Source: Candidatus Rokuibacteriota bacterium (GTDB lineage: Bacteria > Methylomirabilota > Methylomirabilia > Rokubacteriales > CSP1-6). From it: 64,000 bases of DNA. The notes under the pieces are model-generated. The model saw only the letters and a program-made list of their open reading frames with translations, did not search any database and was not told where the DNA came from. Position 1 is the first letter of the stretch. Each line of letters starts with the position of its first letter. Made by a program: the position numbers and the translations under genes. The stretch is from assembly GCA_036802765.1 (NCBI GenBank), contig DAIRVP010000002.1:4152-68151 (forward strand), read 5' to 3'. This document shows positions 28,791 through 35,938 of this stretch, in pieces.

Positions 28791-30345
28791 CGACTCCCTC
28801 CGCGTGAGCGATCGCATCGATATGGACGCCGCTGACCGCGATCTCGGGGGCGTACACGACCTCATCCGCCGCCCACACGATCGTGCCCTTGACGTCTTTG
28901 GTGACGCCGACGACGTTGTTGAGGAACGTGGTGATGTTGTCGTTGATGCGGATCGTGTTCGCCTTGATCGGCTCCGCGATCCGGCCGTCGCGAATCATAT
29001 AGGAATCCGCGGTGACCGTACAGGTGAAATCACCCGCGCGGAGCCCGTTGATGGGGTACGTGTACCAGATGCGTCCGATGTAGAGCCCGTTGCCGACGCG
29101 GCGCAGCAGCTCGTCGCGGCTCACGGGGTCGGCGCCCTCGACGACGACGTTGGTGGCCGCCACCGAGGGGCGGTTCGCAAACTGCCGTCCGCCACCGGCA
29201 CCGAAGCGAAAGCCATTGCGCGGAACGAGGGCGGCCGCCCGCGCCGCGTCGCTGTCTCCGCCGAGCTTTGCCGTGCGCTGCGGATCGCGCAGCAGCCGCT
29301 GCGTGTCGTACCAGCACGACAGGCAGCCGGTGAGGACGCCGTCGCGAATCAGGTCGGTGCGCCCCGTGGGCAAGCCCTCACAGGTGATGCCTTTGGAGCC
29401 CATCATCGTCGGCATGGCGCCATGGTCGTAGATCGACAGCGCGGCCGACGCCACGCGAGCGCCGAGACGTCCGAGAAACGGGGACGCCGAAGCGTAGAAC
29501 GTGTCGGCGGTGCAGGCGGGAATGATCAGATCGTTGAGGATGTCGGTGACCGGCTGACGACCGAACACCACGGTGTAGCGGCCGGATGGCACGCGCACGC
29601 CGCCGACGGCGGCGATGGCGGCCTGCGCGGCTTCGCCGCCCGCCTCGTCGGTGAAATCGTCGAGTCGCGTTCCGGTGGACCAGCCGGAACCCTTCGCCGC
29701 ATGGGCCTCGACCATGGACGTCACGAACGCGGTGACCAGCGTCGACTCGTCGGTCTGCACGCGGGGCATTGCCGTGGAGGCGATCGCCATGCGCTCTTGA
29801 AGAATGGTCACGTCGCCGCCGATGATGAGTCCCAGCCGGCGCAGCGCTTCCTCGCTGTTCGCCAGCTCGGCCAATCGCGAGGACGCGAGGAACGTCCGCA
29901 GCGCGCCGCCCACGATGGTCCAGCCGGCCTCGACCAGGCGCTCGTCGCTCACGCGCATGAGCGACGGATCGTGGTAGTCGGCCAGCGTGCGCGGCGTGGC
30001 CAGCGGGCGTGGCAGCGAGACGAAATCGGGATCGGCGACGGCCGCGCGCCGCGCCTTGTCGAACGCGCGCTCGATTCCGGCGAGCGAGAGGTCGTTCGGC
30101 TCGCTGCCGAAGCCGAGGCGGGGGCCGCCCGGCGCGTCGAACACGATCTGGAGCCCGAGGCCGTACGACTCCACAGACTTGGGCTCCTCGACGCCGTTGC
30201 AGGGGATGTGCGAGGTGTAATTGAGCCGCGTGAGCAGCGCAGCGTTCGCGGAGACGAAGGCCTCCACCTCGTTGACGCCCGCCTGCGCGCGGGCCCACTG
30301 CAACGCCTGCTCGGCGGCGCGCGTCAGCTCGGCGAGATCGCGCAC
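28783..30345 (-). CDS. TldE/PmbA-like metallopeptidase-family protein (second paralog pair)
   Basis: TldD/PmbA fold without HExxH. GTG start at 30345 (VRDLAEL...) lies 2 nt after the rhodanese stop. The upstream in-frame extension is probably not translated. Confidence 0.7.
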   Translation of the reverse strand: MRDLAELTRAAEQALQWARAQAGVNEVEAFVSANAALLTRLNYTSHIPCNGVEEPKSVESYGLGLQIVFDAPGGPRLGFGSEPNDLSLAGIERAFDKARRAAVADPDFVSLPRPLATPRTLADYHDPSLMRVSDERLVEAGWTIVGGALRTFLASSRLAELANSEEALRRLGLIIGGDVTILQERMAIASTAMPRVQTDESTLVTAFVTSMVEAHAAKGSGWSTGTRLDDFTDEAGGEAAQAAIAAVGGVRVPSGRYTVVFGRQPVTDILNDLIIPACTADTFYASASPFLGRLGARVASAALSIYDHGAMPTMMGSKGITCEGLPTGRTDLIRDGVLTGCLSCWYDTQRLLRDPQRTAKLGGDSDAARAAALVPRNGFRFGAGGGRQFANRPSVAATNVVVEGADPVSRDELLRRVGNGLYIGRIWYTYPINGLRAGDFTCTVTADSYMIRDGRIAEPIKANTIRINDNITTFLNNVVGVTKDVKGTIVWAADEVVYAPEIAVSGVHIDAIAHAEGVDG

Positions 30346-30346
30346 G

Positions 30347-30769
30347 TCAGTGCTTGGGGTCGTTGCTGACGTTCGTGCCCTGCACCGGATAGCCCTTCGC
30401 GTGCCAGCCCGGCAGGCCTTCTTCGAGCACCCGCTGGTTCCGCCATCCGAGCGCGTACAAGACGTTGCTGGCCCCACGGGACAGCGCGTGCGGACACGTT
30501 CAGTAGAAGACGACGAGCCCGGTCTTGCTGATCTCCGGCGCGCGCCGCTCGACGCTCCGCAGCGGCATCGAGCGCGCGCCCTTGATGTGCATCTCGACGT
30601 ACGCGTCCCAGTTCCGCACGTCGATGATGTCCGCCTTCTCCCCCCGATCGAGCGCGGCCTTGAACTCGTCGACCTTGATGAAGTTGACCGGAGCGTCCGG
30701 CGGTGCGGCGGGCGCGGCCCCGATCAGCACGATGGCCGCCGCGAGCGCCGGGATCATTGCGCGCCGCAT
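30347..30769 (-). CDS. secreted single-domain rhodanese with in-frame TGA at the catalytic Cys position (candidate selenoprotein)
   Basis: Signal peptide, then a rhodanese fold (...TGLVVFY-[TGA]-TCPHALSRG...LPGWHAKGYPV). The TGA falls on the ORF-track boundary at 30500-30502. The frame continues in the same phase to a real stop at 30347. Confidence 0.5.
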
Positions 30770-30772
30770 CGG

Positions 30773-32335
30773 TCAGCCTCCGAGCACGCGCGCGCGACTG
30801 CGCATGGTGGGGCCGCCGTTGCCGAGCTTCTTGCTCTGCATCGGCTGTCCCTTGCCGCAGTTGGGAATCGGATAGAGGCGGAAGTCGCGTCCGACGGCGT
30901 CGACGTTCATCAGATAGTCGCGCGTGTCGGCGGCGATGCCGCCGTTTCGATAGAGCCGCGTGACCTCACCGCGCTCGATCGCGTATACCTTGCGCGCGGA
31001 GATGCGGAAGTTCTCGCGGCTCTCGGCGATCGACGGGATGCGGTGGCCGACCAGGTAAAAGCCGTGGTCGACGTCGCCGATGATGCGCGCCGGGTCGTCG
31101 TTGCCGCCGTCGAAGACGGTGTTCGACATACGGATCAACGGCACGAGGGCGGCGCTGGTCGCCTTGAAGTGGCCGTTCGGCTCGCCGCCGAAGACGGCAG
31201 CCGTCTGGCGGCTGTTCATGAAGCCGCGAAAGATGCCGCGCTCGATGTGCGTCACCCGCCGCGCCGGCGTGCCCTCGTGATCGTAGGCGTAATGACCGTA
31301 ACCGGGCAGGGCGGGGTCCGAGTAAGCGGTCACCAGCGGGGAGGCGATCCGACGCCCGACCTGGTGGGCGTCGAGATCCCCGAGCAGCCACGAGCGGCCG
31401 GCGTACGCCGTTTCCATCTTGAGCGCGCGGTCGAGCTCGGCCGGGTGGCCGACGATCTCGTGCGAGACAAGCGTGTTGTAGTGCGGGTCGGTGACGACGA
31501 CGACCTCGCGGTCGGACGTTGGCAGCGTGGGAGCCTGGGCCAGCTCGGCGGCGTCGCGCGCCAGCGCCAGCGCGAACTCGCGGAAGGGCGGGAAGGTGAG
31601 CAGCGGCTCGGCCACGCCCACGCCGATGACCTCCCAGCCACGCTGATGGCCCATGACGTCGTAGATCTCCTGGCTCGTTTCCGGCCCCACGGCAACGACC
31701 GAAGCCGCGCCCTGCGTGAGGGCAAAGCCCTGATCGATGAGCGCACCCTCCGTCGAGGCGAACAGCTCGCGTGTGAGCTGGGTCAGCAGCGGCACCCAGT
31801 TGTAACGCACGCTCGGCTGCGCCGCAGCGATCGCGCGCGAGACGTCGGTCGCCACCGCAACCATTTCCGCCAGCGTCACGCTCCGCGGATCGATCCGATA
31901 GACGGCGGGCACGACGTCGCGTCGTACGTCGACAGCATGCAGCTGCAAGTCGGCGAGCGCGTCGCCGAGCGGCCCGAACTTCTCGCGCGCCGTCGCCTTG
32001 TGCTCGGCGTTGGCCATCGCCCGCCGGTATGCGCGCTCGAGCGCCTCGATCAGTCGCTGCTCGAGCTCGTTGACCTCCGCGGCGCCGAGCACGATGCCGA
32101 TCCATCCGGGCGCGACCGCGCGGTCGCCGGCCAGCACGCGGACGCCGGCCGTGCACATGTAGTCGTCGCCGGACGAACGCTCGGCGCCGTTCTCCGCGAT
32201 CGCGTAGCGAGCCTCGGTCACTTCGAGCCTCAGGTCGGCGTACGCGAGGTGCGGCAAGCGGCGCCGTGCATCGGCGAGGATCGTCGGCACGCTCGTGCGT
32301 GCGCGATCGATGAGATCGACGGTCAGCGTCGTCAT
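30773..32335 (-). CDS. TldD-like zinc metallopeptidase (second paralog pair)
   Basis: HEIVGHPAELD zinc motif and a C-terminal NCGKGQ motif. The ATG overlaps the moeA stop. Confidence 0.8.
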   Translation of the reverse strand: MTTLTVDLIDRARTSVPTILADARRRLPHLAYADLRLEVTEARYAIAENGAERSSGDDYMCTAGVRVLAGDRAVAPGWIGIVLGAAEVNELEQRLIEALERAYRRAMANAEHKATAREKFGPLGDALADLQLHAVDVRRDVVPAVYRIDPRSVTLAEMVAVATDVSRAIAAAQPSVRYNWVPLLTQLTRELFASTEGALIDQGFALTQGAASVVAVGPETSQEIYDVMGHQRGWEVIGVGVAEPLLTFPPFREFALALARDAAELAQAPTLPTSDREVVVVTDPHYNTLVSHEIVGHPAELDRALKMETAYAGRSWLLGDLDAHQVGRRIASPLVTAYSDPALPGYGHYAYDHEGTPARRVTHIERGIFRGFMNSRQTAAVFGGEPNGHFKATSAALVPLIRMSNTVFDGGNDDPARIIGDVDHGFYLVGHRIPSIAESRENFRISARKVYAIERGEVTRLYRNGGIAADTRDYLMNVDAVGRDFRLYPIPNCGKGQPMQSKKLGNGGPTMRSRARVLGG

Positions 32336-32336
32336 G

Positions 32337-33539
32337 TCAGAGCACGTCGAACGGTTCGACGGTGACGCGCTCGCCGGCGGCCACGTCGCCCCGGCTCTCT
32401 TCGAGGACGACGAAGCAGTTGCCGGCGACCATCGAGAACAGGATGCCTGAGCCCTGCGGCCCCGTCGTGCATACCTCCCAGTCGCCGTTGCGAAAGCCGA
32501 GCACGCCGCGCTTGTACTCCGTCCGACCGGTCTTCTTGCGCATCGGCTCCAGGGCTCGCGCCTGCCACGTCGCCGGAAAGAGCCGGCGCCGGCCCGCGAG
32601 CTTATAGAGCGCCGGGCGCACGAACAGCATGAACGACAGCAGTGACGCCACCGGGTTGCCGGGCAGCCCGAAGAACAGCGCGCCGCCGATGCGACCGACG
32701 GCGAAGGGGCGGCCCGGCTGCATCGCCACCTGCCAGAAATCGATCGCGCCGAGCTCCTGCAGCACGTCCTTGACGAGGTCGTAGACCCCGACGGAGACGC
32801 CGCCGGACGTCACGACGATGTCGGCGGCGCGCGCGGCGTCTTCGAGCGTGGCGCGCAGCGTGTCGCGGACGTCCGGCACGATCCCGAGGTCGCTGACGTC
32901 GCCGCCGCACTGCTCGATCGAGCCGCGCAACGTGAAGCGGTTCGCGTCGTAGATCTGACCCGGCCGGCGCGGCGAGCCCGGTTCCGCAACCTCGTCACCC
33001 GTCGACATCAGGGCGACCCGCGGCCGCCGGTGCACCGGGATCTGCCAGGCGCCGAGCGAGGCCATCAGCCCGACTTCCTGGGGCCGCAGCACGGTGCCGC
33101 TCTCGATCACCGTCTTGCCCATCACGACGTCTTCGCCCGCGCGCCGGACGTTCGCCCCTTTGTCGAGCGGCCCGATCCGTACGCGATCGCCGACACGCTC
33201 GACCACTTCTTGCGGATAGACGGTGTCGGCTCCCGCGGGCATCGGCGCGCCCGTCATGATCCGCAGCGCCTGGCCGGCCGTGAGCGCGCGGTCGAAGACG
33301 GAGCCGGCGGCGAGATCACCGACCACGAGGAGCTCACGCGTGCCACGCGCGGGGATTTCTGCGCTGCCCATCGCGTAGCCGTCGACCGCGGAGTTGTCAG
33401 CCGGCGGCACGTCGAACGGCGCGGCGAAATCCTCGCTGAGGACGCGTCCGAGCGCGCGCGTCAGCGGCACCAGCTCGGATGCGAGCGGCGCGTCGATGCG
33501 GGCGAGGATTTGCGCTTGCCCGTCGCGCACCGAGATCAT
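32337..33539 (-). CDS. moeA: molybdopterin molybdotransferase MoeA
   Basis: 400 aa MoeA architecture with GGVSVG and GLPGNPVAS motifs. Confidence 0.85.
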   Translation of the reverse strand: MISVRDGQAQILARIDAPLASELVPLTRALGRVLSEDFAAPFDVPPADNSAVDGYAMGSAEIPARGTRELLVVGDLAAGSVFDRALTAGQALRIMTGAPMPAGADTVYPQEVVERVGDRVRIGPLDKGANVRRAGEDVVMGKTVIESGTVLRPQEVGLMASLGAWQIPVHRRPRVALMSTGDEVAEPGSPRRPGQIYDANRFTLRGSIEQCGGDVSDLGIVPDVRDTLRATLEDAARAADIVVTSGGVSVGVYDLVKDVLQELGAIDFWQVAMQPGRPFAVGRIGGALFFGLPGNPVASLLSFMLFVRPALYKLAGRRRLFPATWQARALEPMRKKTGRTEYKRGVLGFRNGDWEVCTTGPQGSGILFSMVAGNCFVVLEESRGDVAAGERVTVEPFDVL

Positions 33540-33557
33540 GCGCGTATTATACGCGCC

Positions 33558-34070
33558 ATGAACGCGTGGGCTTCGGGCGCGGTGCATCCCGCAGGCTTCT
33601 GGGTCCGCCTCGTCGCGTTCGCGATCGATCTGCTCGTCATCGCGCTTGTGCAGCTCGTGCTGCAGGTCATCGCCGCGGCGCGGCTCGGCGATCGCGCGCT
33701 GAGCACCGTCGGGTTCTTCACCTTCGTGTTCGCGGTCGCGTATCCGACGGTTCTGCACTCGATCGCGGGCCAGACGATCGGCAAGCTCATGATGCGCGTG
33801 CGCGTGGTGGCGCTCGACGGCGGCGCATTGCCGCTGGGCGCCTCGTTCCTGCGTGCGGTCGTTTTCTGGGCGGCGCTTCTGTTCACGCTGGGGATCGGCC
33901 AGATCATCGGCGGGCTGCGCAAGGACAAACGGGCCCTTCACGACCTCGTGGCGGGCAGTCGCGCCGAGCGTCTGCCGGGCTCGACCACGGTCCTCGCCGC
34001 GCCGCCGCCGCTCGCATCGCCAGGGTCGTTTGCGCCGCCCCCCGAATCGGGACCGCGCTCGACCGGGTGA
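33558..34070 (+). CDS. RDD-family membrane protein
   Basis: RDD-domain pattern (FWVRLVAFAIDLL...). Divergent from moeA with start codons only 18 nt apart. Confidence 0.6.
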   Translation: MNAWASGAVHPAGFWVRLVAFAIDLLVIALVQLVLQVIAAARLGDRALSTVGFFTFVFAVAYPTVLHSIAGQTIGKLMMRVRVVALDGGALPLGASFLRAVVFWAALLFTLGIGQIIGGLRKDKRALHDLVAGSRAERLPGSTTVLAAPPPLASPGSFAPPPESGPRSTG

Positions 34071-34606
34071 TCCGGACACTGCCGCTGCCGTTGCGCAACC
34101 GTCTCGCGGCAACGATCCTCGAGGCGGTCGCCGATGTGCACGCGCGCCAGACGCTGGCAAGGGTGGCCGAGTCACCGACGACGTGGCTGTCAGCGGATCA
34201 AGCGCAGTGGGCGCCGCTGCTCGCTGCGCGCGCCCGACGCGCGAGCGATGCGCTGTCCGCGCTGCCGCCGTCGGAGAGTCACGGACTCGACGCCGTGCTG
34301 GATGTCGCGGCTCGGCTCTACGAGGCGGCGCTGTACTTCGAAGTACACGAATGGCTGGAGCCGCACTGGGTCACGGCGATCGGGCCTACGCGTGAGGCGT
34401 TGCAGGGATTGATCCAGACGGCGGTGGGCTGGCAGCATCTGGCGAACGACAATGTCGCCGGCGCCCGCTCGCTGCTGACCGAAGGCGCGGCGCGGCTGCG
34501 CGGTCAGCGTCTTGGCGCGCGCGATCTGGACGGCTTCGGACGCGCGACCGCGATGGCCGCGACGCGCCTGCCCGCGGCGGCGCCGCCGCCGTTTCCCGAG
34601 AGGTAA
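34067..34606 (+). CDS. DUF309-domain protein
   Basis: YFEVHEWLEPHW signature. GTG start overlaps the RDD gene stop. Confidence 0.55.
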   Translation: MIRTLPLPLRNRLAATILEAVADVHARQTLARVAESPTTWLSADQAQWAPLLAARARRASDALSALPPSESHGLDAVLDVAARLYEAALYFEVHEWLEPHWVTAIGPTREALQGLIQTAVGWQHLANDNVAGARSLLTEGAARLRGQRLGARDLDGFGRATAMAATRLPAAAPPPFPER

Positions 34607-34636
34607 CAGGTTGCACATGAGAGAGGGAGGAGCCCT

Positions 34637-35431
34637 ATGAACCTCGAGCTGACCGACAAGGTGGTGGTGGTAACCGGCGCGAGCCGCGGCATCGGTCGCG
34701 CGATCGCGCTCGGCATGGCCGCGGAAGGCGCGCGTGTGGTGGCGGTCGCCCGCGACAAGGCAGCGCTCGACACCGTGACGAAGGAGGCGCACGCCCGGAG
34801 CGGGCGCGACGCAATCGCGATCGGCGCGGACCTGTCGCGCCTGTCCGAGGTCGAGCGCGTGATCGACGAGGCCAAGCGCGCATGCGGGCGCATCGACGTC
34901 CTCGTCAACAACGCGGGCGCAATTCGCGGGGGCGGCTTCCTCGACATTCCCGATGCGCAATGGCTGGACGACTGGAGTCTCAAGCTGATGGGGTATATCA
35001 GGATGGCGCGCGCGGTGTTTCCGGTCATGCGCGCCCAAAGCGCCGGCCGGATCATCAACGTCGTCGGCGCTGCTGCGCGTAACCCGACCGCGACCTATCT
35101 CACCGGCGGCGCCGCCAACGCAGCCCTCGTCAACTTTACAAAGGGCCTCGCCGACCTCGGCGCGGAGTGCGGAGTGCTCGTCACCGCCGTGTCACCCGCG
35201 GCCACCCGGACCGAGCGCTGGGACCAACTGATCGAGCAGCAGGCCAAGGCGTCCGGCAAAACTGTGGCGGAAATGCACGCCGCGGCGCAGGCGCCGTACA
35301 AGCTCGGGCGAATCGCAACTCCCGAGGACATTGCCGACGTCGTCTGTTTTCTCGCGTCCGCGCGCGCCTCGTTCATCACCGGTATTTGCATCACCGTCGA
35401 CGGTGGCGCCACACGCGGCGTCTACGCCTAG
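34637..35431 (+). CDS. SDR-family oxidoreductase
   Basis: TGASRGIGRA Rossmann motif and an NNAG motif. Confidence 0.8.
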   Translation: MNLELTDKVVVVTGASRGIGRAIALGMAAEGARVVAVARDKAALDTVTKEAHARSGRDAIAIGADLSRLSEVERVIDEAKRACGRIDVLVNNAGAIRGGGFLDIPDAQWLDDWSLKLMGYIRMARAVFPVMRAQSAGRIINVVGAAARNPTATYLTGGAANAALVNFTKGLADLGAECGVLVTAVSPAATRTERWDQLIEQQAKASGKTVAEMHAAAQAPYKLGRIATPEDIADVVCFLASARASFITGICITVDGGATRGVYA

Positions 35432-35460
35432 GCGCCTGTCGCCGTCCACGCGTAGGCGCC

Positions 35461-35487
35461 TTGACATGCGTTGCCTCCTGTCATTAT
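35461..35487 (+). promoter_or_regulatory. sigma70-like promoter for the RRM gene (-35 TTGACA; extended -10 TGtCATTAT)
   Basis: Consensus -35 hexamer with a 15-nt spacer and a TG-extended -10. A 60-nt leader ends in an AGGAGG RBS (35540-35545) before the ATG at 35554. Confidence 0.4.
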
Positions 35488-35553
35488 CTTTCCCTAGCGC
35501 TGGGCTGGGGTTCCCTATCTCGCCGCTTTCAATGAGGGCAGGAGGTTCGCGCG

Positions 35554-35892
35554 ATGGCGGCAAAGTTGTTCGTCGGCAACCTTTCCTTCCAGGCCACGGA
35601 GGAAGACCTGCGTGAGCTCTTTGCGCAGGCGGGAACCGTGGAGACCGTGCGGATCATCACCGACCAGTTCACCGGACGCCCGCGCGGCTTCGGCTTTGTT
35701 GAGATGGCCACGAAAGAAGAAGCGGTGAAGGCGGTCGAGATGCTCAATGGCCGGCTCTTTCGCGATCGCAACCTGGTCGTGGACGAGGCGCGGCCGCAGC
35801 CGCAGCGTGGCGCCGGAGGTGGCGGCCCGCGCGGCGACCGCGGCGGCCGTCCCGGGGGCGGTCCGGGTGGCGGAGGCGGCTGGCGCCGCTGA
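35554..35892 (+). CDS. RNA-binding protein (RRM domain, Gly/Arg-rich tail)
   Basis: RNP1 RGFGFVEM and RNP2 LFVGNL motifs with a C-terminal GGGPRGDRGGRPGGG tail. Confidence 0.85.
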   Translation: MAAKLFVGNLSFQATEEDLRELFAQAGTVETVRIITDQFTGRPRGFGFVEMATKEEAVKAVEMLNGRLFRDRNLVVDEARPQPQRGAGGGGPRGDRGGRPGGGPGGGGGWRR

Positions 35893-35908
35893 ACACGCGT
35901 CACAATTT

Positions 35909-35930
35909 GGGGGGCCGGCAGCGGCCCCCC
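35909..35930. terminator. GC hairpin between convergent genes (possible bidirectional terminator, no U-tract)
   Basis: 9-bp perfect stem GGGGGGCCG/CGGCCCCCC with a 4-nt loop, lying between the RRM gene stop and the polB-like gene stop. Confidence 0.3.
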
Positions 35931-35938
35931 GAGCAGTC

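Noticed and set aside
30500-30502. Interpreting the two in-frame TGAs as sequencing errors or pseudogenes
   Set aside because: Considered seriously. Both TGAs fall precisely on catalytic Cys codons in two unrelated redox-active folds, and both frames remain open to natural stops. Independent errors doing this are improbable. It remains the main alternative until sel genes are confirmed.
30221-32365. 714-aa + strand ORF, and many similar long ORFs (e.g. 338..1258 -, 2019..3239 -, 10454..11758 -, 28726..30369 +, 49333..50748 +)
   Set aside because: These are Arg/Ala/Gly/Pro-rich low-complexity translations lying antisense to well-supported genes. They are typical shadow ORFs in about 70% GC DNA and have no domain signatures.
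33030-33557. Upstream extension of the RDD-protein ORF (33030..34070) and of the DUF309 ORF (33479..34606)
   Set aside because: The extensions are antisense to moeA and Arg-rich. Real starts were assigned at 33558 (ATG) and 34067 (GTG).
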